Source: Actinomycetota bacterium
GTDB taxonomy: Bacteria; Actinomycetota; Aquicultoria; UBA3085; Oleimmundimicrobiaceae
DNA: 64,000 bases
NCBI GenBank assembly: GCA_011046085.1
Contig: DSBK01000103.1
Span: 6,084-70,083 of the forward strand
Direction of reading: 5' to 3'
Shown piece by piece: positions 18,559 through 29,105 of this stretch. The notes beneath the pieces are model-generated. The model was not told the DNA's origin. It did no database searches and was given only the letters and a program-made list of their open reading frames with translations. A program made the translations under genes and the position numbers. Within the stretch, counting starts at the first letter, position 1; every line of letters begins with the position of its first letter.

Positions 18559-20376
18559 TTACTCGGCAACGTATATGGCATCAAACGGGCAGTGTTGCAT
18601 GCAGATACCACATTTTACACACTTTGCCACGTCTATTTCGTGTGGCTGTTTCTTTTCTCCACTTATTGCCCCAACCGGACAGTGTTTTTTGCAAACCCCG
18701 CATCCCTTGCAAATATTCTCTTTGATAATATAGGCAATGAGCTCCGAGCATACTCCCGCTCGACATCTTCCTTCTTTAACATGTTCTTCAAATTCCTTAC
18801 GGAAATATTTAAACATCGTGAGAACCGGATTCGGAGCTGTTTGTCCCAAACCACAGAGCGACGAAACCTTAATGTCCTGCGCCAAGTTTTCCAGGAGAAC
18901 CAGCTCTTCCTCATTGCTCTCTCCTTTTGTCATCCGTTGAAGCATCTCGAGCATCCGCTTGGTCCCGACCCGGCAGGGAACGCATTTTCCACACGACTCC
19001 TTCTGGGTAAAGGCCAAGAAATATCTTGCCAAATCGACCATACATGAGCTTTCATCCATAACAACCATCCCACCGGAGCCTACAATGGCGCCCGTTTGGG
19101 TTAGAGATTCGTAATCTATCGGCGTATCAAGAAACTCAGCTGGAAGGCATCCGCCGGATGGACCTCCAATTTGAACGGCTTTAAACTCCTCATCATCTTT
19201 TACCCCACCACATATATCGAATATTACTTCTCTCAGCGAGGTTCCCATGGGAACCTCGACCAATCCGCCGTTCTTAACCTTTCCCGTAACCGCAAAAATC
19301 TTGGTGCCTTTGCTTTTCTCCGTTCCTATGGCAGCAAACTTGTTGGCGCCGTTAATTATTATCCAGGCGATATTCGCAAGCGTCTCAACGTTGTTAATAT
19401 TGGTAGGTTTACCCCAAAGCCCGGATTGTGCCGGAAAAGGTGGACGAACCCTAGGCGTTCCCCTTCTGCCCTCAATCGACGCCATAAGCGCCGTTTCTTC
19501 CCCGCAAACGAAAGCGCCGGCGCCCTCTTTTATCTTAATCTCAAAATTAAAAGAGCTGCCAAGAATATTTTTACCCAAAAAACCTTTCTTCTTGACATGC
19601 TCAACCGCAATTTTTAATCGCTTAACGGCCAAGGGATATTCAGCTCTAACATATATATACCCCACAGACGCGCCAATGGCATAAGCGGCTATCATCATTC
19701 CTTCAAGAACGCTATGAGGATCACCTTCTAAAACACTCCTGTCCATAAACGCTCCAGGATCTCCCTCGTCCGCATTACAAATGAGATACTTTACATCACC
19801 GGAGGCCTTCCGAGCAAAATCCCACTTAATACCCGTGGGAAAACCAGCGCCACCGCGGCCCCTCAAACAGGAGGCCTTAACCTCCTCGACAACCTCTTCC
19901 GGAGTCATCTCGCTTAAAACTTTTTTAAGCGCCTCGTAACCGCCATGCTCTATATAATTGTCAATCTCTTCTGGGTCAATTTGCCCACAGTTTCTAAGAA
20001 CTATCCTCGTTTGTTTCTTATAAAAATTTATGTCCTTATAGAAAGGAACTTTCTCGCCCGTTGATGGGTCTTTGTAAAGTAAATCATCAATAATCTTGCC
20101 ACCCAACAGATGTTCTTCAACGATACGAGCTACATTCTCCGCTGAAACCATTGGATAAAAAATACCTTCAGGTTGAATGACAATAATTGGACCTTGCTGA
20201 CAAAAACCATGGCAACCAGTCTGAACAATATCTATTTCAGAAATCTTCCGCTTTTTAAACTCTTCTTTGAAAGCAGCATTTACTCTGTCTGCGCCGCTCA
20301 AAATACAGCCAGTTCCTGTACAGATAAAGACCCTATTTTGTTCTTCTTTGACATCTATTTTGCCCATAAATTTCAC
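18559..20376 (-). CDS. NuoF-like NAD(P)H-binding flavoprotein subunit (HydB/FdhB type; N-terminal thioredoxin-like 2Fe-2S, FMN/NADH site, C-terminal 2x[4Fe-4S])
   Basis: RGRGGAGFPTGIKW, GEETALM and ESCGKCVPCRVG (N3 cluster) motifs plus C-terminal CxxCxxCxxxCP x2. Confidence 0.85.
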   Translation of the reverse strand: MKFMGKIDVKEEQNRVFICTGTGCILSGADRVNAAFKEEFKKRKISEIDIVQTGCHGFCQQGPIIVIQPEGIFYPMVSAENVARIVEEHLLGGKIIDDLLYKDPSTGEKVPFYKDINFYKKQTRIVLRNCGQIDPEEIDNYIEHGGYEALKKVLSEMTPEEVVEEVKASCLRGRGGAGFPTGIKWDFARKASGDVKYLICNADEGDPGAFMDRSVLEGDPHSVLEGMMIAAYAIGASVGYIYVRAEYPLAVKRLKIAVEHVKKKGFLGKNILGSSFNFEIKIKEGAGAFVCGEETALMASIEGRRGTPRVRPPFPAQSGLWGKPTNINNVETLANIAWIIINGANKFAAIGTEKSKGTKIFAVTGKVKNGGLVEVPMGTSLREVIFDICGGVKDDEEFKAVQIGGPSGGCLPAEFLDTPIDYESLTQTGAIVGSGGMVVMDESSCMVDLARYFLAFTQKESCGKCVPCRVGTKRMLEMLQRMTKGESNEEELVLLENLAQDIKVSSLCGLGQTAPNPVLTMFKYFRKEFEEHVKEGRCRAGVCSELIAYIIKENICKGCGVCKKHCPVGAISGEKKQPHEIDVAKCVKCGICMQHCPFDAIYVAE

Positions 20377-21156
20377 CTAATCCAGATAAGAATGACAATA
20401 AAGAACCTCGTTCCTCAATATCCTAACCGTCTTTACTGTATCCATTAACTCTTTGTCAAAAGGATCGGCAATCGCGGCATCTAAGCCAACGGTTGCAAGC
20501 ATAGTAAGATATGTCCTATCCAAAAGAGGTTTAGTTTCAGCAAGAGCGCCATTTGATATATTGCTTAGACCCACAACCGTCTTAAGCGGAGGATCGTTTA
20601 GCTGCCTGAACATTTTTATTGCCTCGATACCCTCCAAAGCTTGCTCTTGTGAAACAGCTATGGGAAGAATCAATGGATCAAGGTAAAGATTTTCCAAAGG
20701 CACACCCTTCTCCGCCATTTTGGTCATAATATCAACGGCTATCGCCATCCTTCCGTTGGCATCGCGAGGAATACCCGTTGCAGGCATAGTCAAACCAATA
20801 AGTTTAGCATCGTATTTTGCGGCTAAGCTGGTCATCGTTTCGAGCCGAGTTGGCTCGCCCGAAGCAGAATTTATGATCGGTTGCTTCTTACAAACTTTTA
20901 GTCCCGCTTCCATAGCTTCCGCATTGGTGGTATCTAAACAAAGGGTTACATCAACCGCATCTTGCACGGTGTTTACAACCCACTCCATCATCTCCGGTCC
21001 ATCTTTTCGAGCCGGTCCAATGTTTATATCCAAAGCATTGGCACCGGCCTCAACCTGAGCTGCCGCCATATCTTGAATCGGCTTCGGATCCCGATTCTTC
21101 ATAGCAGGACCTATGGTCAGCGACATAACATTAACTTTTTCTCCAATTATTAACAT
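20377..21156 (-). CDS. acsE: Methyltetrahydrofolate:corrinoid/iron-sulfur protein methyltransferase (AcsE, pterin-binding domain)
   Basis: MLIIGEKVNVMS...ALDINIGPA; the roughly 259 aa pterin-binding TIM barrel is typical of AcsE. Confidence 0.75.
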   Translation of the reverse strand: MLIIGEKVNVMSLTIGPAMKNRDPKPIQDMAAAQVEAGANALDINIGPARKDGPEMMEWVVNTVQDAVDVTLCLDTTNAEAMEAGLKVCKKQPIINSASGEPTRLETMTSLAAKYDAKLIGLTMPATGIPRDANGRMAIAVDIMTKMAEKGVPLENLYLDPLILPIAVSQEQALEGIEAIKMFRQLNDPPLKTVVGLSNISNGALAETKPLLDRTYLTMLATVGLDAAIADPFDKELMDTVKTVRILRNEVLYCHSYLD

Positions 21157-21171
21157 TTAAACCTCCTGTTT

Positions 21172-21687
21172 TTAATTAATCGTTTTTTCTCTAGCCCTTA
21201 TGCTACGTATAATTTCTCTAGCTTCGTTGGGCGTCAGCCGCCCATAAGTTTCATTATTTATCCTCATAACCGGAGCAAGACTGCAAGCTCCTAAACACGC
21301 AACCGATCTCAAAGTGAACTGACGATCGTGGGTTGTGCCATTCTCTTCAATTCCAAGTTCGTTTGCCAACGCTTCCGTTACTTTCTTTGCGCCACTTACA
21401 TGACAAGCCGTTCCATGACATACAGATATCACGTTTTTACCGACCGGAATGAGCGAAAACTGCGAATAAAAGGTGGCGACGCCGTAAAGCTGACTCAACG
21501 GAATTCCCGTCGCCTCGGAGACATAATCCAAAACTTCCTCAGAGAGATAACCGAATCTCTCCTGTATCTCCTGGAGCAGAGGAATGGTCGCACCGTTATA
21601 ACTCTTGAATTTCTCAATGATGTCAGAAATTTCAGAGATACCAAATTTTTTATCTTTTCGCCCATCACACTTACATTGACACGCCAT
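21172..21687 (-). CDS. NuoE-like thioredoxin-fold [2Fe-2S] subunit
   Basis: CHGTACHVSG...CLGACSLAPVMRIN four-Cys pattern of NuoE/HydC. Confidence 0.85.
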   Translation of the reverse strand: MACQCKCDGRKDKKFGISEISDIIEKFKSYNGATIPLLQEIQERFGYLSEEVLDYVSEATGIPLSQLYGVATFYSQFSLIPVGKNVISVCHGTACHVSGAKKVTEALANELGIEENGTTHDRQFTLRSVACLGACSLAPVMRINNETYGRLTPNEAREIIRSIRAREKTIN

Positions 21688-21726
21688 CTAGCCCCTCCCT
21701 TCCTTGAAAATAATTTAATTTTTAAT

Positions 21727-22509
21727 CTACGACCTCTTTTCAAGCTCCTTTTTAAGAAGGCCAATCTCTTTCACAAATTCTTCATCGAGGTCATAGGGTG
21801 ATTCCCCTTCCATGTCGGCAAGATGAACATTTTGACTCTCGCTTATCCAGCCAATTATAGGCAAATTTGGAATTTCTTGCTCTATTTTTTTCTTTATATG
21901 ATCACTTTCTCCACCTTTAGCTTTATTTATTACCAAAAACATCTTTCCGATACCGATATCATAGGCAAGTTTTTTAATTGACTTTGCGGTCTCTATGCTT
22001 CTAAGACCGGGTTCGACCACAATAAGTAAGGTATCTACCGATTCGGCCGTCGCTCTGCCTAAATGCTCGATGCCCGCCTCCATATCCATGATGACCACTT
22101 CATTGCGTTCCACAAGTAGATTCCTTATCAAGCTCCGCAAAAGGGTGCTTTCGGGACAGATACAACCGCTTCCCCCTTTTTCTATACCGCCTAAAACCAA
22201 AAGCTTTATTCCCAAAAGTTCTATTCCCAGCCTTTCGGGAAGATCATCCACTTTGGGATTTATCTTGAAAAAACTTCCCACGGTACCTGATTTTGCACCC
22301 GTGCGCTCCTCGATCAGTTTCTTCATCTGTGAAATTGGCACAATCTCCCGCTGTACCTTAGAAACACCGGCAATGGCAGAACCGAGATTAGCATCGGGAT
22401 CGGCATCAACCGCCAAAACCTTATAACCATCATCGTTATATAACCTGGCAAGCGCCCCAGCGATGGTCGTCTTCCCAACACCGCCCTTGCCCGTAATTGC
22501 TATTTTCAT
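21727..22509 (-). CDS. cooC: CooC-type Ni-insertion ATPase (MinD/ParA fold) for CODH
   Basis: MKIAITGKGGVGKTT deviant Walker A; about 260 aa. Confidence 0.8.
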   Translation of the reverse strand: MKIAITGKGGVGKTTIAGALARLYNDDGYKVLAVDADPDANLGSAIAGVSKVQREIVPISQMKKLIEERTGAKSGTVGSFFKINPKVDDLPERLGIELLGIKLLVLGGIEKGGSGCICPESTLLRSLIRNLLVERNEVVIMDMEAGIEHLGRATAESVDTLLIVVEPGLRSIETAKSIKKLAYDIGIGKMFLVINKAKGGESDHIKKKIEQEIPNLPIIGWISESQNVHLADMEGESPYDLDEEFVKEIGLLKKELEKRS

Positions 22510-22599
22510 TTAAACGCTCACCTTCGTCGATGTACAACCCGGCTTACCTGATATCTGATACAGGACATTATTTGGTTGGCTGACCCGTACCGGGCAACT

Positions 22600-22885
22600 T
22601 TAATAATAGTCGATGGCCCAAAACTCTCTGCTCCATTAGTCGATAGTCTCTTAGTGGGGAGTCGGCAGTAAGTTCAATTGAGAATTAAAAACGAAAAAAT
22701 TTAAAATCTTTAAAGACATTCTTAATTTTTAATTACCGCCCGCACTGGGGTGGGTCGTTTTTATTTTTTTCGTAAGACCAGCATCTGGCATTCTCCATTC
22801 TCCATTTGTCTTCTAACTTTCCCCTTTCCCCTTCACCCTCTACCCTTATTTTGCCTTCTGCCATCTGCCATCAGCTATATGCAAT
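22600..22885. repeat. Intergenic repeat element, copy 2 (full length, about 250 bp)
   Basis: ...attagtcgatagtctcttagtggggagtcggcag...AT-rich linker...cccctttccccttcaccctctacccttattttgccttctgccatctgccatcagctatatgcaattag; near-collinear with copy 4 (31555-31790). Confidence 0.7.
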
Positions 22886-23943
22886 TAGCCAAAATATTTG
22901 TCTCTCAAAACGGAGGAAAGCTCAGCCGTTAATTTTATGCTTTTTTCCGCCAAATCCACCGCCATTGAACCCGTGCCACAATTTGGCGTGATTAAGCTCG
23001 CCTCAAGGAGTTTCATCTTATCAGCACCCTTGTCGACCAATAATTGAACTTTTTCTTCAAACCTTTTAAGTAAATCTTCCAGGGTCTCACCCGATATCGC
23101 ATCTGGACTCGGATAGGTGGATGGGACTATCCCCCAGGCGAGCACCCCTCCTCTATCCAAAAAATTATTGAGTTCTTTTGGATATAAGGCCATGCTTTCA
23201 GTGTGGTCATACGCATCGAAGCTTATGATGTCAACGGCAGTTTCCATTAAGATGCTCCAGTCAGTGCGACCACAGCAATGAACCCCGCAAAGGCTGTCCA
23301 CCGCATAAAAACACTCATTTAAATAGGATATAACCTCGTCTTTATTGAGTTTTATGTAAGCCGAGCCGTAAGACTGAAGATAGGGCTCGTCAAAGAAAAC
23401 AACCGTTTTTACATCGGGAGATAATTTCTTAAATTGTCTTAATTGCCACTTAGCCTTCATGATAAGCGTCTTTATGATGGCATCTCTTAAAAGATCATTG
23501 TAAAGAACCGCTTGTTTGTTTTGATCGGTTACGGTCAAACCAAAGCTAATTGGCCCTATCATCTGGCCTTTTAACATAACCAAATCAGCCGGCATGCTCT
23601 TTTCCAAGATGCTCATCATAGCATGGAACCCACGCGCGTAATCTTCGGATATCTTGAAATAATCTAAATCTTCGGCCAAAAATCTATCATAAAACCTCTC
23701 AAGCTCCCATGCCAAATTTCCCCGGGCCTCGAGATGAATCCTTTTCTTTTCCTCATCTATCCTTATCGCCGGCATGCCCTCTGAAATTTGAATGAACATG
23801 CTCTCTTTGAAAGAAACGTTAGGAAGTTGGGGCCATATCGGTATCTGGGGAGTATGCTTCAAAACCACCTCACACGCTTTATCTGCGTCTATGTGCGGCA
23901 TACTTCCAATGGTTGTCGGAAGACAGCATGGCTTAAATTCCAT
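22885..23943 (-). CDS. Short MetE-like (cobalamin-independent methionine synthase C-terminal fold) methyltransferase
   Basis: CCLPTTIGSMPH matches the MetE C-domain motif LPTTTIGSFPQ; the roughly 350 aa UroD/MetE-fold size is typical of methylcorrinoid-dependent methyltransferases. Confidence 0.65.
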   Translation of the reverse strand: MEFKPCCLPTTIGSMPHIDADKACEVVLKHTPQIPIWPQLPNVSFKESMFIQISEGMPAIRIDEEKKRIHLEARGNLAWELERFYDRFLAEDLDYFKISEDYARGFHAMMSILEKSMPADLVMLKGQMIGPISFGLTVTDQNKQAVLYNDLLRDAIIKTLIMKAKWQLRQFKKLSPDVKTVVFFDEPYLQSYGSAYIKLNKDEVISYLNECFYAVDSLCGVHCCGRTDWSILMETAVDIISFDAYDHTESMALYPKELNNFLDRGGVLAWGIVPSTYPSPDAISGETLEDLLKRFEEKVQLLVDKGADKMKLLEASLITPNCGTGSMAVDLAEKSIKLTAELSSVLRDKYFG

Positions 23944-24816
23944 CTACAAAATTCCCTTCTTTTTTAAGATTGGAGAGGGATCAACAATAAGACGTCTTAA
24001 ACCGATATCTTCGGAACCCGCCCCTAAAGCTAGACCCATGAGTTGCGTAAAGTACACTATCGGTATACCGTATTTGGTATTATATTTCTTCTCAATCTCT
24101 TTTTGTCTCATATCAAGATTGGTCTGACAGAGGGAACAAGCTACAACAATCATATCCACGCCGAGCTTCTTTATCTCTTCCAGCAAGTCGTGGCAGAGCT
24201 TGATGACGACATCCGTTCTGCTTAGCGCGAAACTTACTCCGCAACATTCGGTTTTATAAGGCCAATCCAAACTCTCGGCTCCCAGAACTCTCATTATATT
24301 GTCCACACTCTGGGGGTCCTCAGGCACATCAAAATCGGCAACCTTCGGGGGTCTCGTTAACATACAACCGTAGTAGCAAACAACCTTTAGCCCTTTAAGC
24401 GGCTTCTTTACCGCTTTCTCTATCTTCTTCAAGCCAACTTCCTCGGTAAAGAACTCCACTATATTGAAGACCTCTGTGCCGCCTTCAAATTTTCTTCCAA
24501 CAACCCCTTCGGCCTTCAATCTAAGTTTTTCGTCCTCTTTTATCTCCTTGATGGCCGTCTTTAATCTCCAGGCACAAGCAATACACGGAGCCAGCAACTT
24601 CTTGAAACCAGCCTTACGAGCCGACACCAGCGTATATAAAGGTAGAGCCGTCGCAAGAAGATGTGATGTGTTATGAGCCGACGAGGCGCCACAACAAATC
24701 CAATCCTTGAGTTCTTCTACATCAAGATCAAGAATATTACAAACCGCATCAACAGATTCTCCAAATTCCCTAGCCGTTCCCTCGTATGAACAACCAGGAT
24801 ATAAACCATACTTCAT
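23944..24816 (-). CDS. hdrB: Heterodisulfide reductase subunit B-like (two CCG domains)
   Basis: MKYGLYPGCSYEG...CCGASSAHNTSH and a second C-rich CCG repeat. Confidence 0.8.
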   Translation of the reverse strand: MKYGLYPGCSYEGTAREFGESVDAVCNILDLDVEELKDWICCGASSAHNTSHLLATALPLYTLVSARKAGFKKLLAPCIACAWRLKTAIKEIKEDEKLRLKAEGVVGRKFEGGTEVFNIVEFFTEEVGLKKIEKAVKKPLKGLKVVCYYGCMLTRPPKVADFDVPEDPQSVDNIMRVLGAESLDWPYKTECCGVSFALSRTDVVIKLCHDLLEEIKKLGVDMIVVACSLCQTNLDMRQKEIEKKYNTKYGIPIVYFTQLMGLALGAGSEDIGLRRLIVDPSPILKKKGIL

Positions 24817-25367
24817 TTCGACTCCAGCTCTTTAACTTTGGCAAAAATTCTTCTAACCACATGTACATTTTCAACCTTGTGAGGCAACAGACTAAACTTG
24901 CCCTTTAAAAACAGGGGTAATCCGGATGCCACATCCTTTAGGAATTGCTTCGTCTTTAACTTAATGAGCATCACAAGACCAATTTCATAGGTGCGTCCAA
25001 ACCTCTCTAGAAGAGAGAGAAAGGAGTTATTGAAAGCATCGATTTCTAACACCGGATTCCTATGTCCTTCATGCTGCGCTATTATTTTTGCGGCATCGGC
25101 CACCATAACAAAATCGAGATTTTGAGGACATCTTGTCATACATGTTTGGCAAGAAAGACAAAGCCAAACCGATTGATCTTTGAGCACCAAATCTTTTTGC
25201 CCTAATTGTATCGCTCTAATCAATTGATGCGGCTTGTATTTCATCGCGTACGCCAAAGGACATCCAAGCGTACACTTCTTGCACTGGTAACACAAGTTAA
25301 CATCCTCGCCGCATTCTTTCTCTATTTGTTTAGCAAATGTTGTATCAATTTTAAGTATTTCTCTCAT
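24813..25367 (-). CDS. hdrC: Heterodisulfide reductase subunit C-like (2x[4Fe-4S])
   Basis: CYQCKKCTLGCP and CLSCQTCMTRCP. Confidence 0.8.
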   Translation of the reverse strand: MREILKIDTTFAKQIEKECGEDVNLCYQCKKCTLGCPLAYAMKYKPHQLIRAIQLGQKDLVLKDQSVWLCLSCQTCMTRCPQNLDFVMVADAAKIIAQHEGHRNPVLEIDAFNNSFLSLLERFGRTYEIGLVMLIKLKTKQFLKDVASGLPLFLKGKFSLLPHKVENVHVVRRIFAKVKELESK

Positions 25368-25374
25368 CGAGAAA

Positions 25375-25469
25375 CTCCTTTGGTTGAGAGTCTGTTAGTC
25401 GGTAGTGAGGAGTTACTAGTTGTTAAACCTTCGTTTCATCACCCTCAACTACCCACTCCCCACTAATAA
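25375..25469. repeat. Intergenic repeat element, copy 3 (core module)
   Basis: gagtctgttagtcggtagtgaggagttactagttgttaaac...ctacccactccccactaataactacccact. Confidence 0.55.
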
Positions 25470-26399
25470 CTACCCACTGGCCTTTGGCCTGGGCAAAAAC
25501 CCCGCTTTCTCAACTATGCCCGACACAACTTCCTCCCACTCAACCGCCATTATGTGTACACCGGCTATGCCTTTTATCTTCTTAACTTGCTCAATAATAT
25601 CGACACAGATGTTTTTGCCTTCCTCTTTGGCTCCCTCTTTTCCAACGGCAACCATCCGCTCAATGACTTCGTTTGGAACATCCATGCCGGGAACACAGCT
25701 TTTCATATACTTTGCCATCCCCACAGATTTTAAAGGAGCAACACCCGCAAGTATGTAAACCTTCTTATGTAAACCAAGTTCTCTAACCATCTCCATCCAT
25801 TTGGCAAACTTTTCAACATTATAAACAATTTGTGTCTGAACAAAGTCGATCCCGGCTTCAACCTTTTTTGCGAGACGCAGCGCCCTGTATTCAAAGGGGT
25901 CAGAGAAGGGATTTTCGGCCGCTCCAACGAAGAAGCGCGGTTCCACCTCTATCTCCTCGCCGCATTGGAACTTCTTCTCGTCGCGCATATCTTTAATCAT
26001 CTTAATGAGCTGTATGGAGTCTAGATCAAAAACATTTTTCGATTGAGGGTGATTGCCAAATTTTTGATGATCACCGGTTAGACAAAGAAGATTTTTTATC
26101 CCCAAAGCGGAAGCCCCCAATAAATCGCTTTGTATCGCTATGCGGTTCCTGTCGCGACAGGTCATTTGGATTATCGGCTCTAGACCTTTCGAAACCAATA
26201 TCGCCGCCGCCGCAATTGAGGACATCCTAACCACCGCCGTCTGACAATCGGTAATATTTACCGCGTCAACACAGTCCTTTAAGATGTCCGTTTTTTTGGA
26301 AATAACTTCGGCATCGGCGCCTTTTGGGGGACCAAGCTCGGCCGTTACCGCAAAATGTCCTGCTTCCAAAACCTTCTCAAGATTGCTTCCCGATTTCAC
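25470..26399 (-). CDS. metF: Methylenetetrahydrofolate reductase (MetF)
   Basis: MTHFR TIM-barrel: VNITD, LCLTGD, LGASALGIKN motifs; 309 aa. Confidence 0.9.
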   Translation of the reverse strand: MKSGSNLEKVLEAGHFAVTAELGPPKGADAEVISKKTDILKDCVDAVNITDCQTAVVRMSSIAAAAILVSKGLEPIIQMTCRDRNRIAIQSDLLGASALGIKNLLCLTGDHQKFGNHPQSKNVFDLDSIQLIKMIKDMRDEKKFQCGEEIEVEPRFFVGAAENPFSDPFEYRALRLAKKVEAGIDFVQTQIVYNVEKFAKWMEMVRELGLHKKVYILAGVAPLKSVGMAKYMKSCVPGMDVPNEVIERMVAVGKEGAKEEGKNICVDIIEQVKKIKGIAGVHIMAVEWEEVVSGIVEKAGFLPRPKASG

Positions 26400-27064
26400 A
26401 GCTTCATATCCTCCCTCACCATCTTTCTTGGCCCACCATCCCGACTCGTTGACCAGTCTTTTGCTGGTAAAATATCGGTCAAATTATCGAGCTTGCCAAG
26501 CGTTTTTAACCTATCGTAAATGAGCTGCCAGCCACAATCCACTTCCGAGTCAATTTCGCACTTTCCGTCCTGAGAACCACCGCAGGGACCGTTCAAAAGA
26601 CTCTTTGAGCACCTAACGATGGGGCAAATTCCACCGGTCTTGTCGAGCACACAGTTTCCACAAGCCCCGCACCTCTCCGACCAAACCCCTTGTTCTTCAG
26701 GCAACCCCAAAAAAGTGGTATTGACGGCCGGGTAAACAACGGCCTTCGGGAACCGCTCCACAAGCGTTTGAACACCAATTCCGCAAGCCATCGAAAGAAC
26801 AGCATCACAAGTTTCAATTTTATCCTTCAATTCATCTACAAACTCCCATTCACATTGACGAAGCGGGGTTTGCTCCAATATTTGAATCGATTTTTCCTCT
26901 TTATTTCGCGCCAACTTAATCGCGGACGCAAGAATACTCACTTCTTTGTCCCCGCCCGCCATACAGATGGCAACACAGGTGCCACATCCAGCTATGAGAA
27001 TCTTGTCATGCTCAGCAATCATACCCAAAACCTCTTGTATTGGTTTCCTTTCTCCAATAATCAT
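26396..27064 (-). CDS. metV: MetV (MTHFR C-terminal-like zinc/Fe-S small subunit)
   Basis: Cys-rich 222 aa protein immediately upstream of metF with 4 nt overlap, as in the acetogen metVF pair. Confidence 0.75.
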   Translation of the reverse strand: MIIGERKPIQEVLGMIAEHDKILIAGCGTCVAICMAGGDKEVSILASAIKLARNKEEKSIQILEQTPLRQCEWEFVDELKDKIETCDAVLSMACGIGVQTLVERFPKAVVYPAVNTTFLGLPEEQGVWSERCGACGNCVLDKTGGICPIVRCSKSLLNGPCGGSQDGKCEIDSEVDCGWQLIYDRLKTLGKLDNLTDILPAKDWSTSRDGGPRKMVREDMKL

Positions 27065-27480
27065 CCGACTTTCCTCCCCACATTGGGTCCTAACTTTTTT
27101 AAGTTTTCATAAAAAACGCGGAGCAACTGTGCAAATTTAATCCCGTTGGAGGGAGCCAAATAATACATCTGCACCCTCTCCTCTTCGACACCAATCTCCT
27201 TTAAAATTTCCTTAATGCTAGACACCCTCGCCTCAGCCCTTAAGTTCCCTCTCAAAAACTGGCAAGCTTCCTTATGGCAAGCAAAAACAGCAACACCATC
27301 ACCTTCTTCTAGCGCCTTCATGATGTGAATGGCCTCGATCTTTCCTGAACACGGCACCCTTATCATTTGTACGTCGTTCGAGAAAACAAACCGGGACTCG
27401 ACCGCCATGTTGGCAGAGAGTAAACCGGAGTGCTCACAACAGAAAGCGGTTATTTTTGGCTCAAAATCTCCCTTCATCAA
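27061..27480 (-). CDS. mvhD: MvhD/FlpD-like [2Fe-2S] protein
   Basis: FCCEHSG...RVPCSGKI...VFACHKEAC. Confidence 0.8.
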   Translation of the reverse strand: MMKGDFEPKITAFCCEHSGLLSANMAVESRFVFSNDVQMIRVPCSGKIEAIHIMKALEEGDGVAVFACHKEACQFLRGNLRAEARVSSIKEILKEIGVEEERVQMYYLAPSNGIKFAQLLRVFYENLKKLGPNVGRKVG

Positions 27481-29105
27481 CCCACTTCACCTGCCATACT
27501 ATTAACCAACTGCCCCATGACCTTCGCGTTAGTATAAAGCGGAAGCTCTATCGCCATAACAGGACACTCGCTTGCACATATCCCACACGATTGACAGGAT
27601 ATTGGTATCACTTTTGCCGTCTCTTCTTTTTGATCAACAACTATCGCCCCATGAGGACATGTTCTAACACATGTAAGACACAGAACGCATCTGTCCGAAT
27701 TTATCTTTGCAGACGTTAAATCCAGCTCAATTTCTCCCTTTGAAAGAAATGAGAGAATCTCTTGTGCCGTGGCCCTCGCCTCGGTAAGTGTCTCGTTTAT
27801 ATTCTGTGGCAACCGGCATCCGCCAACAAAAAAAACCCCTCGTTTAGATGATTTGGTCGGCAAAATCTTGACGTTGTCCTCTTGGAAAAACCCGTTTGAA
27901 TCGAGGTTTACCGAGAGTAACTTGGCCAGCTCTTCAAAGCCTTTGCGGGGTGCCGCTTTCTCGCCCACAACTAATAAATCGGCCTCGAAAACCATTTCTT
28001 CGTGGGGATAATCTTCGTTTATCAGAGAAACTTCAACAACGTTATTTAAAACCTTGATTCCCGGTTTTTCGACGTATTTAAAGAACAACACACCGGCTTC
28101 ACGAGCTCTCTTATATAATTCTTCACCACCATCGAACGAAACCTTCAAATCCTTACACAAACAAATCACATCGGAGTCAAATTCTTTCTTTACAGCCAAC
28201 GCCTGTCTCAAAAGCGCTTGTGTCTGCACTTTTAAATCCTCATCGACCAAATCAGTTAAGAAACATATCCGCCCGGGTACATCGTTTGAAGATAACCTCT
28301 TCTCAAAATCTCTTTGTCCAATAACTCTTGAATTGAAATTTTCGCCGAGCTCCTCAATGGGCACTATGGACTCATAACCCACCGCAACAACAATTGCGCC
28401 GACTTCAAGAACCGACTCATCTTTCCCCTCAATTTTTACGATAAATCCTCCAGCATGACCCCCCGTGTTGGCCAAACGTGAAGAGCTAATGATCTTTATT
28501 TTTTCTTCTTTTTTGAGCGCTCTAATCTTATCGCCCAAAAAATCTTGCAAGCCCTCAATCGCAGCAATTTCTCCACCGAGATCCTGACCCCCTTCTACCA
28601 AAACCACATCTAAACCGCCTCCGGCCAGAGTAAGCGCTGTCTCAATTCCAGCAATTCCACCCCCCAAAACAAGAACTTTTCGATTTAACAAAATTTTCTG
28701 AGTCTCGATTGGTCCCTGATTTTCAATCCATCTCGCGGCACGAACTATAAGTTGAACAGCCCTATCAAGAATTTTTACCTTCTTGCCACATATAACAATA
28801 GCTTCACCAAGATTTATAAAAGCCAGCGCGTAAGGATTTAGGCCAGCCTTCTTGAAAGAATTCTTAAAAATTTTCTCATTTGATCTCGACGAATAACCGG
28901 CAATAACAGCGGCAGATAATTTGTTTTTTTTCACAAACTCTTCAAAATCATCTCTGAGCCCTTCATCGCGCACAGAGGAGCTTACAGTGGACGCGAAATG
29001 AAGTCCGCTCAACTTTGAACATATAGCTTCAACGCTCAAAAACTTCCCCAGGTTACCCTCAGGATCATATATAAATATTCCTATTTTGGAAATTTTATCT
29101 TTCAT
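27477..29105 (-). CDS. HdrA-like FAD-dependent oxidoreductase with C-terminal 2x[4Fe-4S] ferredoxin domain
   Basis: VLVLGGGIAGIETAL Rossmann motif; C-terminal CVLCLTCVRTCPHGAI and CQSCGICASECP. Confidence 0.75.
   Translation of the reverse strand: MKDKISKIGIFIYDPEGNLGKFLSVEAICSKLSGLHFASTVSSSVRDEGLRDDFEEFVKKNKLSAAVIAGYSSRSNEKIFKNSFKKAGLNPYALAFINLGEAIVICGKKVKILDRAVQLIVRAARWIENQGPIETQKILLNRKVLVLGGGIAGIETALTLAGGGLDVVLVEGGQDLGGEIAAIEGLQDFLGDKIRALKKEEKIKIISSSRLANTGGHAGGFIVKIEGKDESVLEVGAIVVAVGYESIVPIEELGENFNSRVIGQRDFEKRLSSNDVPGRICFLTDLVDEDLKVQTQALLRQALAVKKEFDSDVICLCKDLKVSFDGGEELYKRAREAGVLFFKYVEKPGIKVLNNVVEVSLINEDYPHEEMVFEADLLVVGEKAAPRKGFEELAKLLSVNLDSNGFFQEDNVKILPTKSSKRGVFFVGGCRLPQNINETLTEARATAQEILSFLSKGEIELDLTSAKINSDRCVLCLTCVRTCPHGAIVVDQKEETAKVIPISCQSCGICASECPVMAIELPLYTNAKVMGQLVNSMAGEVG

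Noticed and set aside
22790-22890. Sigma-54 promoter (TGGCAC-N5-TTGCA) reading of the TGGCAGATAGC repeats on the minus strand
   Set aside because: The -12 GC element is not at the required spacing in any copy; the GG and GC dinucleotides arise from the heptad repeat itself.
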